DNA from: Methanothermococcus sp. SCGC AD-155-C09
GTDB lineage: Archaea > AGJL01 > Methanococci > Methanococcales > Methanococcaceae
Assembly (NCBI GenBank): GCA_019561555.1
Contig: JAHEQB010000080.1
Location: forward strand, 18,399 to 82,398
Direction: 5' to 3'
Length of the DNA: 64,000 nt
Shown here one piece after another: positions 32,461 to 43,887 of the stretch. Each line of letters opens with the position of its first letter. The first letter of the stretch is position 1. Below the pieces are notes generated by a model. The model saw only the letters and a program-made list of their open reading frames with translations. It searched no databases and was not told the DNA's origin. The position numbers were made by a program, and so were the translations under genes.

Positions 32461-33672
32461 CTAATTTAAATTATTTATCCTATCTACCACCTTAAAAACA
32501 CCCATTGCAATGCCCTCTACCTCAATACCCCCCTTTCCCTTTACTCCATCCCCTACAAGATACAATCTATCATTTACAATTGGATCTAAATCTGTACCAT
32601 TTGAGGCATGATTTACAGGTAAGTCCTCCCTAAAGGTCTGAATATGCAATATCTCATATTTATGTATGCCTACCTCGTTAAATATTCTCTCTATGTCCTC
32701 TAAGGCAATATCTATCTCCTTTTTTATATTATTGTTTATCTGAATACCATGGGCCATTATTAGGTTATATCCTTCCTTAGCAAGGGATTTATCCACATTG
32801 GAGGGACAATTTAAACCGCAAATTCTTTGGCACTCTGGGGTAAATAATACTCCACTATGGTTTATTAATTTTTCCTTACAACCTATGGATATTTTTATTC
32901 CCTTTGAGGGGATAGGCTTTTTTTTCTTTATTATTTTTATATTGGAAATATTCTCTGTATGTTTTGGAGATAGATTGCTTATTACTATATCATACCCATA
33001 CCCTTTTTCCTCTGAATATATATAAACTCCATCTTCATCAATTTCTATACTTTTAACACTATATTCTGTGATTATTTTTCCATTATTCTCTTTTATTACC
33101 CTTGAAAGTTCCTCCACTACACTTTTACATCCCCCAATGGGTATTCCAGGGCCTCCAAATTTATAATAATTCTCGGCAATCTTTAATATTTCATCCATGG
33201 GAGTGTCATAGGCATCTAAACTTAATGCCCAACCAGTAAAGGAATTACCCACCTTTAATGCCAAGGGTACATTTTCCAAAAATTCTCCAAAGGATATATT
33301 TTTATCCACTTTATTTAACTTTAAATTGGCAGCCATTTTTAGACATTTTATTTTATCCTTTAACCCCACTAAGTTAAATAAATCATTATAGGGGTAATCC
33401 CTCTTATTTATTCTATAGAGTCCATCTATATCAGAATTTACAATATTAACATTACAACCTGCCCTATTTAATAATTGTGCCAGATAGCCATTGGCTCCAT
33501 GGGGTATCATATGAAGGGCTCCAGTGGTAAGTTGATATCCCTTATACTCCATATTTGTAAATCTTCCTCCAATATAGGGTAATTTTTCATAGATTGTTAT
33601 ACTGTTATTTTTTGAAAGTAGGGCTCCAGCCAATAGGCCTCCTAATCCTCCACCAACTATTCCTATATTCAT
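32461..33672 (-). CDS. FAD-dependent oxidoreductase (phytoene desaturase-like)
   Basis: IGIVGGGLGGL, YEK..IGGR, LYLVGD. Confidence 0.82.
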   Translation of the reverse strand: MNIGIVGGGLGGLLAGALLSKNNSITIYEKLPYIGGRFTNMEYKGYQLTTGALHMIPHGANGYLAQLLNRAGCNVNIVNSDIDGLYRINKRDYPYNDLFNLVGLKDKIKCLKMAANLKLNKVDKNISFGEFLENVPLALKVGNSFTGWALSLDAYDTPMDEILKIAENYYKFGGPGIPIGGCKSVVEELSRVIKENNGKIITEYSVKSIEIDEDGVYIYSEEKGYGYDIVISNLSPKHTENISNIKIIKKKKPIPSKGIKISIGCKEKLINHSGVLFTPECQRICGLNCPSNVDKSLAKEGYNLIMAHGIQINNNIKKEIDIALEDIERIFNEVGIHKYEILHIQTFREDLPVNHASNGTDLDPIVNDRLYLVGDGVKGKGGIEVEGIAMGVFKVVDRINNLN

Positions 33673-33846
33673 ATTATCTCCAATATTTTAAAATATTTTA
33701 AAAATTATTAGATTAAAATAAATTTTATTATAGTTCTTGTGATTTCTTTAGAATCATAATATATTTTTATTATATAAGTTTTAAGGATATTTATTTCAAT
33801 ATTATGGTATATAATTATATAAAATAATAAAAAATATAATGATAAT

Positions 33847-34200
33847 ATAGTCAAACATAAATTTTAACTAATTTTCTAATAATAAAAATAAAAAAGAGTA
33901 TATTAATAAAAAAAATATACTTTAAATCCCAACCTCTTGAGCATAACTTTCATAATACCACATATTCTGTAAAAAAAATTCTTTCTGCTTCCCAGTGCTC
34001 AGAGTATTGGGATTATATGGGATTTTTAATTTTATTATTTACTTCTTTTTAGGTATTTTAAAACCTTAGATTATTATTTTATTTTTATCTTAAATTATTC
34101 TTTATTTTATTTATTGTTTTTAATAATTTTTTTAATTTTTTTAATTATTTTTTTATTCTTTTAAATAAGAAATAAACAATTTTTTTAATATTTCAGTCAT
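33847..34200 (-). mobile_element. IS630-derived MITE, family B
   Basis: ATAGTCAAACATAAATTTTAACTA end; CCCAGTGCTCAGAGTA core; ACTTCTTTTTAGGTATTTTAAAACCTTAGA. Confidence 0.65.
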
Positions 34201-34307
34201 AAAACAATAATCTATAAATAAAAAATATCAAAAAATAGAATTAATTAAAAAAATATTTATTATTAATTATTTTCATTAGACTAATAATTACCATTAAACA
34301 CCTATAA

Positions 34308-35543
34308 TTAACCATACATGACAGTTGGTGCAGTGGGTACCTTTGTACCCTCTCCTCTTTTTTCCTGCACCTTTTCCACGGCCTTTAAAAAGTCCTCCAT
34401 GGTTATATAGTCCCTTCCATCTCTTATTGCAAACATACCTGCCTCTGTACATACTGATTTTAAATCTGCACCAACAAATCCTTCAGTCATCTTTGCTATT
34501 TTGTTTAGATCCACATCCTTGGATAGGTTCATACCCTTTGTGTGTATCTTTAATATATCCAATCTTCCCTCCTCTCCAGGGGCAGGTATTTCTATTATTC
34601 TATCAAATCTACCTGGCCTTAATATGGCAGGATCCAATATATCTGGTCTATTGGTGGCTGCAATAATTTTTACATCTCCACTTGGTTCAAAACCATCCAT
34701 CTCAGCAAGAAGTTGCATAAGGGTCCTTTGGACCTCCCTATCCCCTCCAGTGAGAGCCTCTGTTCTTCTACTGGCTATGGCATCTATTTCATCAATAAAT
34801 ATGATAGATGGAGATTTTTCCTTGGCCAATTTAAATACATCCCTTACAAGTTTGGCTCCCTCTCCAATGAATTTTTTTACAAGTTCTGATCCAACAATTT
34901 TTATAAATGAGGCATTGGTTTCATTGGCTACAGCCTTTGCAAGAAGGGTTTTACCTGTTCCAGGGGGCCCATATAAAAGTACTCCCTTAGGTGGCTCTAT
35001 ACCTATCTTTTCAAAGAGTTCAGGATGGGTTAGGGGAAGTTCTACAACCTCTTTAATCTCATTTATCTGCTCATCCAATCCTCCAATGTCTTCAAAGGAT
35101 ATATCTGGCTTCTCATCAATCTCCATTGCCATTGCCCTATAATCCTTCTCCCTTGGTAAAACATCTACTATAACAAGGGTTTGCTGATTTAAACAAACCC
35201 TTGCACCTGGGACAATTTCCTCCTCATCTACGAACTGTGAGACACTTACAAGAAAACTTGGTCCTGTGGAACTTTTTACTACGGCCTTTCTTTTTCCAAC
35301 TTTATCAGTTACAGTACCTAATATTAATGGGGGAACCCTTAGTTTATCTAATTCTCTCTTTAATATTTCATTCTCCTTACTTAATTGGGAATTTTCTCTC
35401 TGTAAATTTCTGTACTCTAACTCCATTTTTAATATTTTACTTTCTAACTCTGCAATATAGGCTTTTTCAAATTCATTTGTAGGATCCACTCCATTATTAT
35501 TTTTTTCTTTGACATCCTCATTGTCATAACTGGGAAATGCCAT
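34308..35543 (-). CDS. pan: Proteasome-activating nucleotidase
   Basis: Coiled coil, OB fold, [20 protein letters not shown]-terminal HbYX (MYG). Confidence 0.97.
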   Translation of the reverse strand: MAFPSYDNEDVKEKNNNGVDPTNEFEKAYIAELESKILKMELEYRNLQRENSQLSKENEILKRELDKLRVPPLILGTVTDKVGKRKAVVKSSTGPSFLVSVSQFVDEEEIVPGARVCLNQQTLVIVDVLPREKDYRAMAMEIDEKPDISFEDIGGLDEQINEIKEVVELPLTHPELFEKIGIEPPKGVLLYGPPGTGKTLLAKAVANETNASFIKIVGSELVKKFIGEGAKLVRDVFKLAKEKSPSIIFIDEIDAIASRRTEALTGGDREVQRTLMQLLAEMDGFEPSGDVKIIAATNRPDILDPAILRPGRFDRIIEIPAPGEEGRLDILKIHTKGMNLSKDVDLNKIAKMTEGFVGADLKSVCTEAGMFAIRDGRDYITMEDFLKAVEKVQEKRGEGTKVPTAPTVMYG

Positions 35544-35921
35544 AAATTACCCTCCTGTCATTTATAAATTTAATAATACACCATAGGTTTATAAATCCTA
35601 TAACACATATACAATATGCCCTATTTCTTGTCCTATGGGATCATTGCTAATACTGATATATAAATAATAATTATATTACCTATTATTAAAAATTATTTAA
35701 ACTATTTTTGGAATAAATTATACATATTTATATAATGATATAAATATCTTTATAGACATATATCCATTTATTTTTTCATAAATTTTATTTTATTTTTATA
35801 AATTAATAATCAATATTATAAATCAATAATCAATATTAGATATATTATACCATATAAATAAAACATCTAATGGAATATAATATATAAACATTTCATAATT
35901 AATATTCTTTTCGGTGATGTT

Positions 35922-36410
35922 ATGCAGTGCGAGTTATGTGGAAAGGAGGATAAAAAACTTACAACTGTAAGAATTGAAGGGGTTGAGATGCAGGTATGCA
36001 GTGAATGTTCCAAATATGGAGTAATTCCAAAAACATATTCAAAAAAACCTAAACCAAGGGGCATTATAAAAACTAAGCCCTCTAATAAAAAAACAACATC
36101 ATATATTAGGCCAAGGCGAGATATATTTGATAATTTAAAAACAATTGTAGAGGATTATGGGAATATTATTAAGGAAGCCCGAGAAAAAAAGGGTATGAGT
36201 ATAAAGGATCTGGCTAAAAAAGTAGGAATTAAGGAATCAACCCTTCATAAAATTGAAAGAAATGAATTGGAACCTGAAGAAAAATACATATCTAAACTTG
36301 AAAGGGAATTGAATATTGTTTTGTATGAAGAGGGAGATCAAGAATACAATAATACTATATCAAATGAAGAGATTACTTTGGGACATTTTATAAAGGTAAA
36401 GAAAAAATAA
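35922..36410 (+). CDS. Archaeal multiprotein bridging factor aMBF1
   Basis: CELC..CSEC ribbon, HTH, TLG terminus; divergent from pan. Confidence 0.9.
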   Translation: MQCELCGKEDKKLTTVRIEGVEMQVCSECSKYGVIPKTYSKKPKPRGIIKTKPSNKKTTSYIRPRRDIFDNLKTIVEDYGNIIKEAREKKGMSIKDLAKKVGIKESTLHKIERNELEPEEKYISKLERELNIVLYEEGDQEYNNTISNEEITLGHFIKVKKK

Positions 36411-36429
36411 TAAATAAAATAATATAATA

Positions 36430-36846
36430 AAAATAATAAAATTAATCTAAGTCTTAAAATATAAGAAAAAAATAAAATATTTAAAAAAATAAAAGAAAAA
36501 GGAAATATTTAAGGAGACAGAGAAAATTAAATACTTAAAAAGTAGAAATAAAGTAGAATATAATACTTAAAGAGGCGTATCCAGATAAAGAAATATAAAC
36601 AAAAAAAATATAAAAATTATCATAATAAAAAAGACAAATAACTAAAATAAATTTAAAATTAAAAATCTCCTTAAATTTTTTTATTTAATATAAATTATTA
36701 TTTTTTTTATAATTATTTTATTTTTTTAATTTTTATTTAAGGGCATTAATATTTTTTTATTATGCTTTATATTAAGATTATATCTTATTCTGGACATGTC
36801 CAGATTAATATATCACAATAAGTTTAAAACATTATATATTTACTAT
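36430..36846 (+). mobile_element. IS630 MITE family A with its core replaced by an IS6-type insert
   Basis: 36440-36573 aligns with 14660-14792; right end ATAAGTTTAAAACATTATATATTTACTAT. Confidence 0.6.
36573..36801. mobile_element. IS6-like MITE with low-complexity interior
   Basis: Imperfect TIRs AGGCGTATCCAGATAAAGA / TCTTATTCTGGACATGTCC resembling the IS6 end GGACGTGTCCA. Confidence 0.5.
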
Positions 36847-37030
36847 TAAAGGAATAAAATATTAATAGAATACTTTAAATCCCTACCTTAACCTGATGAA
36901 GTTAATAATTATCCTGCAAAGGATCATCTCTCCCAGTGCTTAAGAGTACAAAGAAAATAATAATAGGATTTTTATTTTTTATATATTTACTTCTTTTTAG
37001 ATATTTTAAACTCTTAAATTTTTCTATTTT
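36847..37030 (-). mobile_element. IS630-derived MITE, family B
   Basis: AATACTTTAAATCCCTACCTT..TCTCCCAGTGCTTAAGAGTA..ACTTCTTTTTAGATATTTTAAA. Confidence 0.65.
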
Positions 37031-37154
37031 ATCTTAATTATTCTTTTTTTATTTTTATAATTGTGTTTATTTTTTATAGGAATTCCTAATTGGGAATTTA
37101 AGGTTGTTGTATTTTATTATAAATAATTTTTTTAAAAGTATAAAAAACTTAGAA

Positions 37155-37922
37155 TCAATTAATTTTTGTTCCTATATCTTCTCCCATTAACCCTTTGTAT
37201 ATATTTCCCCTTTTATTTCCATTGAATATTATTGTCCTAACCCCCAATTTATAGGCCTCCATTACCTTAAGATACATACCTCCAGTAACATCCTCCTTTT
37301 TAGAAGGGCTTAGGTATTTTAAAACCTCATTAATATTTTCTGAAGTAATATGTTTTATAACTCTATTATTAAAGTCCAATACCCCATCTACATCTGAGGC
37401 ATGAAGGCTCAAATCTGGTTTTAACTTTTTACTTAAATAGGGCAGGGCATGATCTCCTGAAAATATCCTATAATCTCTCTCATTGGATAATACAATATCC
37501 CCATGAATTACTGGTATTAATCCCCTTTTTAGCATGCCTTCTATTACATAGGTATCAAAATGGATATCATTCCCCTTAAAGGCCACAAATGAGGAAGGTT
37601 GTATGGAAACTGCAGGAATATCATATTCATGAAGGGCATCAATTACTATGTTGTTGAATTTTCTCATGGATTTTTGAATATCCCAAAAACCAATGTCCAT
37701 ATTTCTAAATTCATTTTTATTAATGTATTTTTTTGCCACAGGATGACCAAAGGAGCCTCCTCCATGTATAATTATCAAATCTAATTTTTCATTTTTTTTA
37801 GAATACTCCTCAATAGATTGTTTAATTTCCATGGATATTCTATTTAGATTATCCCAATTAATGGAATAGGGTATATCCTTATTGCACAATATACTTCCTC
37901 CAAGTTTAAGAATACTAAACAT
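37155..37922 (-). CDS. Isopentenyl phosphate kinase
   Basis: LKLGGS, HGGGSFGH, HGD, SGD, DVTGGM. Confidence 0.9.
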   Translation of the reverse strand: MFSILKLGGSILCNKDIPYSINWDNLNRISMEIKQSIEEYSKKNEKLDLIIIHGGGSFGHPVAKKYINKNEFRNMDIGFWDIQKSMRKFNNIVIDALHEYDIPAVSIQPSSFVAFKGNDIHFDTYVIEGMLKRGLIPVIHGDIVLSNERDYRIFSGDHALPYLSKKLKPDLSLHASDVDGVLDFNNRVIKHITSENINEVLKYLSPSKKEDVTGGMYLKVMEAYKLGVRTIIFNGNKRGNIYKGLMGEDIGTKIN

Positions 37923-37953
37923 AAATATCAACAATATTTTTTATTTTTTTAAT

Positions 37954-38300
37954 TTTATAGTAGTACAAAACTTTAAACTTTTCCTAAGAATTTTAAAAAT
38001 ATTCAAAGGTATAGTTTTTATTAACTTAAAGTTAATTTTTTCTTATCTATATATATTCAAAGATAATAAAATACTATATCTTGCTATATAGGTGGCAGTA
38101 CTCTTCTGTTAGTTTAGATAGTTTCCTTCCTATGAATTGGAGTTAAACCTTTATAGCCCTTTTTTCCTATTCTTAAGTATATACTGTAATATATAACTCA
38201 TATTATATTTACTACTTTTTTACATTTTCATTTTTCTATGGAGGATATTCTATGAAGTAAATCTTTTAAGGGCTCTTTTTTAGTTTTTTTAAGGAATATA
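37954..38300 (-). pseudogene. Decayed, internally deleted IS630 copy
   Basis: Minus strand encodes KGYKGLTP..SKLTEE, like KGYEGLLP..PSKLT at 42000-42055; 37954-38030 matches the IS630 right end. Confidence 0.6.
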
Positions 38301-38573
38301 TTTTCAATATAATTTTTTTATTTTTTTAAGTATTTTTAAAATATTGAATTTTTAATTATTTATTTTTTTAACCTTTATTTTTTAATCAAATTTTATTTTA
38401 ATTTTAATTAATTTTTAATAAAATTTATATTTTTTAATTTAATATATTATTTATAGCAATAAGATCAATTTTATATTTAATTTAAATCATATTTAATATA
38501 CATTATTTTAATAATAAACAAAATAATAATTAATTATTCAATATATAAATAGATTAATAAAGGGGTGAGAATA

Positions 38574-39986
38574 ATGTTTATAAATGGAGAATGGATACAA
38601 AGAGAGGATTTAGAGGTAATTAATCCATACAATTCAGAAACTATTGGATATATACCTGCATTAAGTAGGGAAGAAGCCAAGGAAGGTATTTCCATAGGTC
38701 ATGAACATAAAAACATAATGAAGGAACTATCTCCCTCAAAAAAATATAATATTTTAATGGGCATTGCAAAGAAAATTCAAAGTAATAAGGAAAAAATAGC
38801 AAGGATCATATCCACTGATGCAGGAAAGCCCATAAGACAGTCTATAATTGAAGTTGATAGAACAATTGGAACATTTAAACTTGCAGCATTCTATGTTAAG
38901 GAATTTAGAGGGGAAACATTACCCTTGGAGGATGGAATAATAATTACAAAGAGGGAGCCAGTAGGTCTTATTGGAGCAATTACTCCCTTTAATTTTCCAC
39001 TTAATTTAGTGGCACATAAGGTAGCCCCAGCAATAACAACAGGGAATGCAATAGTATTACATCCATCCTCTAAGGCACCAATGGCCTCTATTGAATTAAC
39101 AAAAATTATAGAAGAAGTATTAAAAAGTAAGAATATTCCCTTAGGAGTATTTAATTTATTAACAGGAGAGGGAGCAGTTGTTGGGGATGAGATTGTAAAA
39201 AATGAAAAAATAAATATGATCTCATTTACAGGAAGTGTTGAAGTGGGGGAATCCATTACAAAAAATGCAGGTTTTAAAAGGATAACCTTAGAATTAGGGG
39301 GAAATAACCCCGCCATAGTATTAAAGGATTGTAATTTAAATAATGCAATTGAATCCATTGTTAAGGGAAAGTTCTTAAATGCTGGACAGGTTTGTATATC
39401 TGTGGGCAGGGTTTTAATTGAGGAGGAAATTGGAGACAAGTTTATAAAAGGAGTAATTGAAGAAAGTAAAAAATTAAATGTGGGAGATCCCCTGAATAAA
39501 AATACAGATGTTGGGCCATTAATAACCAAGGATAGTGCTGATAGGGTAGAGGATATAATAAATCAGTCTATTGAAGAGGGAGGAAAGTTATTATACGGCG
39601 GAGAGAGGAAAGGAAATATAATATACCCAACAATCTTAGAGGTAGATTCTGAAAACATATTATCCAAGGTAGAGGTATTTGGGCCTGTTCTTCCAATAAT
39701 AAAGGTAGATAGTTTAGAGGAGGCTATATATCAAAGTAATAACACAAAGTATGGTCTCCATGCAGGAGTATTTACTAATGATATTAATAAGGCTTTTAAA
39801 ATTGCCAATGAACTTGAGTATGGAGGGGTATTGATAAACAACAGTCCCACATTTAGGGTAGATAATATGCCCTTTGGGGGAGTTAAAAAAAGTGGTATGG
39901 GAAGAGAAGGAGTAAAATATGCCATAGAGGAGATGAGTGAAATAAAAACCATAATTCTAAGGAATATTAATGTACCTCAGGAATAA
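38574..39986 (+). CDS. Lactaldehyde dehydrogenase (NAD-dependent ALDH, MJ1411-like)
   Basis: ITPFNFP, FTGS, LELGGN, GQVC, EVFGP, PFGGVKKSG. Confidence 0.88.
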   Translation: MFINGEWIQREDLEVINPYNSETIGYIPALSREEAKEGISIGHEHKNIMKELSPSKKYNILMGIAKKIQSNKEKIARIISTDAGKPIRQSIIEVDRTIGTFKLAAFYVKEFRGETLPLEDGIIITKREPVGLIGAITPFNFPLNLVAHKVAPAITTGNAIVLHPSSKAPMASIELTKIIEEVLKSKNIPLGVFNLLTGEGAVVGDEIVKNEKINMISFTGSVEVGESITKNAGFKRITLELGGNNPAIVLKDCNLNNAIESIVKGKFLNAGQVCISVGRVLIEEEIGDKFIKGVIEESKKLNVGDPLNKNTDVGPLITKDSADRVEDIINQSIEEGGKLLYGGERKGNIIYPTILEVDSENILSKVEVFGPVLPIIKVDSLEEAIYQSNNTKYGLHAGVFTNDINKAFKIANELEYGGVLINNSPTFRVDNMPFGGVKKSGMGREGVKYAIEEMSEIKTIILRNINVPQE

Positions 39987-41319
39987 ATTCCCTTAAAACT
40001 GCCGTAGCATAGCATCCCTTTTCCAATTTAAATTTTAAAATTATTTCCCTATTGTTAGTATGGCACTCAAAGTCATATACCTTTGTAATTAACTTTCTTC
40101 GAATTCCTGGAAAGTTTCCAAAATCCTCTATTTTAAAGGCCTTTAAATCAATACCCTCCCTTTCTATTATCTCCCTTTCTATTTCCCCCTGTAGGCCCTC
40201 TGCTAATTCTGAATAACTATTACTACCTAAAAGTGCCCCTGTAGGTATGCCATCCAATAGTATATCTCCCTCCTGGGCCTCAAATCCATATTTATACCTT
40301 TTATTTATCATTTCATTAAAAAGATAGGATTGATAGGCATTTACAAACATAGATTTTAATTGAGGGGGAAGTATTTTAAAACTTTCCTTAAAACTCCCAG
40401 TTTTTAAATATCTCTTAATAACCCTTATTTCATAATACAATCTTTTTGGATATATCTTTAAAGATTCTTTAAAATATCCTTCATCTATTAGACTTCTTGC
40501 CTCAAAGGCCTTACCCTTCTCCATTAAGGGGGTACCACAGTAGGTATAAAAGGCACTTTCAAAATCTCTATTGTATATGAACTTTCCCACAACATGGGTA
40601 ATTGGACGAAAGGATCCAAATCTCTGAATACCATAGTAATTTAATACATAATCCAATTTTATATTTTTTAATTTTTTTAATAATTCCATATTTTCTTTAT
40701 TATTATTTTTATTATTATTATTTTCATTATATTTATTTACATCATTTAACCTGATTCTTATGGTAAATCTATTGCCCCATAAATCCCCCATTCTAATCCC
40801 AATGTTTGTTTTTTGAATATCCTTTATTTTTAAATCCTTAATACTATCTTTAATCCCTTCTAAGGTTTCAGGTTTTATTCCAAAACAACCTACTCTCTGG
40901 GTAGTTATTGCAAACTTATCCTTGGTTCCTGCAAAACCAAAATTCTTTCTCTTTGAGTTTGTTCTCCTTGCCAACTCCCCTATGGCATCCATGGTATTCC
41001 AATTTATCTTTTCCAAAGTAAAATGTATAAATGTGCCATTCCACTTAGGCACATCTTTAAAGATTTCCTTTAATTCCTTTCCATATTCCAATACAATACC
41101 CTCCTTTGTAATTTCCTCAACTATGAAATCCTCAGGGTATTTTTTAATAATCCCATCTATTTTTAAATTTAAAATATATTTATTTAAATTGGGTTTCATT
41201 TTTTTCAGGGTTTCAATTATTTTATTTTTACGGTATTTTTTTGCTATTCTATTGCGATAATCCTCAAGATTTTTTTGAGACTCCAACTTTCTTTGATGTA
41301 TTATTAGATGGTTTTTCAT
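39967..41319 (-). CDS. truD: tRNA pseudouridine(13) synthase
   Basis: EDFIVEE, AGTKD, GNRF, NYYGIQRFG, GCYAT. Confidence 0.95.
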   Translation of the reverse strand: MKNHLIIHQRKLESQKNLEDYRNRIAKKYRKNKIIETLKKMKPNLNKYILNLKIDGIIKKYPEDFIVEEITKEGIVLEYGKELKEIFKDVPKWNGTFIHFTLEKINWNTMDAIGELARRTNSKRKNFGFAGTKDKFAITTQRVGCFGIKPETLEGIKDSIKDLKIKDIQKTNIGIRMGDLWGNRFTIRIRLNDVNKYNENNNNKNNNKENMELLKKLKNIKLDYVLNYYGIQRFGSFRPITHVVGKFIYNRDFESAFYTYCGTPLMEKGKAFEARSLIDEGYFKESLKIYPKRLYYEIRVIKRYLKTGSFKESFKILPPQLKSMFVNAYQSYLFNEMINKRYKYGFEAQEGDILLDGIPTGALLGSNSYSELAEGLQGEIEREIIEREGIDLKAFKIEDFGNFPGIRRKLITKVYDFECHTNNREIILKFKLEKGCYATAVLREFIPEVH

Positions 41320-41689
41320 AATATCTCCTTATTTTATATTCCTGATATATATGTTATATAATTAAATAATTACAATTGTAGTCTTAAAAAATCATTTATA
41401 TTAAAATACAAATGTTTAATTCTCATCAATGGTTCAATAAAAAAATAAAAATAATATAAAAATTATTATACGAAATTAAAAAAATAATAAAGAATAATTA
41501 AAATAATATAGAAAAATCTAAGGTTTTAGAATACCTAAAAGTGAGCAAATGTTAAAGTAAAAATACTATCATTATCTTAGACACTTCCTGAATAAGCATA
41601 AATAATATAATTTATGAATCAATAATATAGGGGGAAAGAAAATGTCGATAAGATAGTAGTGGCCAATGTAGCAGTAGATGATAGTATTT

Positions 41690-42798
41690 TATAGTCAAGA
41701 ACATAATTATCTAAACTATACTTTATATCATAACATGAATATATTAAGTAATCATCACATAAAATATTTATGTTATAAATATAACAATGTAATAACATGA
41801 GTGGAAAATGCATTTATAAGGTTATAAAACATTTATCAGAAGAAGAATTAAATAGAAAGATTAGAGAGCAGAAGGATGTAACACTCCTTAAAAAAGGATT
41901 TTATAAAACACCTCTACAAAGAAATGAATGTTAAAAAAGCAACAGAAGCAATAGGAGTTTCTAAGGCTACAGGCTATGTATATCTAAAAAAATGGAATAG
42001 AAGGATATGAGGGTTTACTTCCAAAATACGGAGGGAGACCATCCAAACTTACAAAGAATAATGGGGAACTCAAGAATATTCTAAAGGGAAAAGATTCATG
42101 GACAACAAAAGAAATACAGAAGTTAATTAGAGAAAAATCTAATAAAATACTCATTATATCATATCAGAAGGATTCTAAGATCTTTTGGCATGAAATATAC
42201 TCCGCCTACCAGAAAGATTATAGAAAAGGGATAATGCTAAGAGATTTTAAAAAAAACTTGAATAATGTAGAAATCAATGATATAATAGTTATTCATCGAT
42301 GAGGGGGGATGGCAGTTAGGAAATGTAAATAGAACAAGATTCTGGAAGGACTGGATCCTTAGAAAAGTTGCTATTATCTTAAAGTTAAAGTTATAGGATT
42401 CTACTCTTTAAATGGAAAGAGTGCATGGATTTCCCAGAGAGCAACAAGATTGAAGACTTTATATCTTTTCTCCAGAGGATAAGGGAGGTTAATCCTGAGA
42501 AGAGAATTGTTGTTATCTTAGATAATTTTAGAACTCATCATGCAAAGAAGGTTAAAGAAGAATCTGAGAAACTGGACATCCAGTACTATATCTCCCCCCT
42601 TACTCTCCAGATTTGAATCCTATAGAATATGTTTGGAAAAGTGTTAAAAGATACATTTCTGAGGAATCCCCATTGAATATAAAAAAATTAAAGAAAGGAT
42701 TCCTAGATCTTAAAAAATTAACAAAATCTATATCATTTGCAGGGAGTTATTGATAAATTTTTAGGTGATGAGTTCAGAGAATTATGTTCTTAACTATA
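41690..42798 (+). mobile_element. IS630-family element with frameshifted transposase pseudogene
   Basis: 28-bp ends with 3 mismatches, TA-flanked (TATAGTCAAGAACATAATTATCTAAACT); ATG 41797, DE, VILDNFRTH, PYSPDLNPIEYVW in broken frames. Confidence 0.92.
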
Positions 42799-42832
42799 AT
42801 TTTTAATTGTAATATCTAATAATTAAAATACA

Positions 42833-43759
42833 TTAATAGTTAAATATCCCTATATTTTTATTATTTTTACTAATTCCTACCCCTATACCATATCCCAAGT
42901 TATATATCATATTTGATAGAAGACTAAAAAATCCCTCCAATTTTGAAGGGGTATATTCTACAATTTCTGGATTGGATATATTGGCAATTTCCATGGTTAT
43001 ATTTATGGCATCCTCCTCAGTACCCACATAATCAACAAGACCAACTTTTTTAGCATCATGTCCTGAGTATATTTTACCATCTGCAACTTCCAAGGTTTTA
43101 TTTATGGACATGTTTCTATTCTCTGCTACCCATACCACAAAATCCATATAAATTTCATTTACCATATTTTCCAAATACTCCCTTTCTTCCCTTGTCATTG
43201 GCCTATATGGGGATCCAATATCTTTATACTTCCCAGCCTTTATTACCGTTGCATTGATTCCAAGTTTATCCATAAGACCATAGTATTGTAACATATCCAT
43301 CCTAACCCCTATACTTCCAACAATGGAATGCTTTTCAGCCACAATATAGGTAGCAGGTGCTACTACCATATAACCTCCAGATGTTCCTATAGTTTCAATA
43401 TAGGCTACTACAGGTTTCTTCTTAGAGACCTCTTTAACCTTTCTTGCAAGTTTTTCACTTGCTATAACCTCCCCACCAGGGCAGTTTATTTTTAAAATTA
43501 TTGCTTTAATACTTGAATCCTCTTCGGCCCTCTCTAATGCATCAATATAATCCTCAACACTAAGTTCCTTAGTGTCAAAGGGACCAGTGGGCCCAGTATT
43601 CAATTGTAATGGTTCATCAATAGAAATCATTGCAATGTTTCCATCTCCAATACTTAAATCTGACGTCAATAGATATACTGAAGCCAGGGATATTGGAATA
43701 AGTAATACTATTATTAATAATATAATTACTCCTCCTATTATTAGATATTTTTTATCCAT
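42833..43759 (-). CDS. sppA: Signal peptide peptidase
   Basis: NCPGG, SGGY, VGSIGV, GKYKD; N-terminal TM. Confidence 0.92.
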   Translation of the reverse strand: MDKKYLIIGGVIILLIIVLLIPISLASVYLLTSDLSIGDGNIAMISIDEPLQLNTGPTGPFDTKELSVEDYIDALERAEEDSSIKAIILKINCPGGEVIASEKLARKVKEVSKKKPVVAYIETIGTSGGYMVVAPATYIVAEKHSIVGSIGVRMDMLQYYGLMDKLGINATVIKAGKYKDIGSPYRPMTREEREYLENMVNEIYMDFVVWVAENRNMSINKTLEVADGKIYSGHDAKKVGLVDYVGTEEDAINITMEIANISNPEIVEYTPSKLEGFFSLLSNMIYNLGYGIGVGISKNNKNIGIFNY

Positions 43760-43887
43760 GTATATCACAGGTTTTTATATATTTTAAATAATATTTTATT
43801 ATTTTAAATTTTATTTATTTAATTTATTTTTTAATATTATAATAAAAATATACGTAATCATAAAAAATATATTATCTATCATATATT

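Noticed and set aside
34501-35142. Long antisense ORFs (also 38891-39529, 45779-46483 and many short ones)
   Set aside because: Shadows of pan, ALDH, guaB and others; no SD or motifs
38120-38280. Possible degenerate CRISPR repeat and leader on the minus strand (GTTTAAC..GGAAAC)
   Set aside because: Aligns with the IS630 transposase 5' region; no array periodicity
39967-39986. 20-bp convergent overlap of ALDH and truD
   Set aside because: Short tail overlap, common in compact archaeal genomes
41620-41690. Coding-like fragment ENVDKIVVANVAVDDSIL left of the IS630
   Set aside because: Too short to assign; no continuation visible after the element
42425-42616. 63-aa ORF as an independent gene
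   Set aside because: Fragment of the frameshifted IS630 transposase
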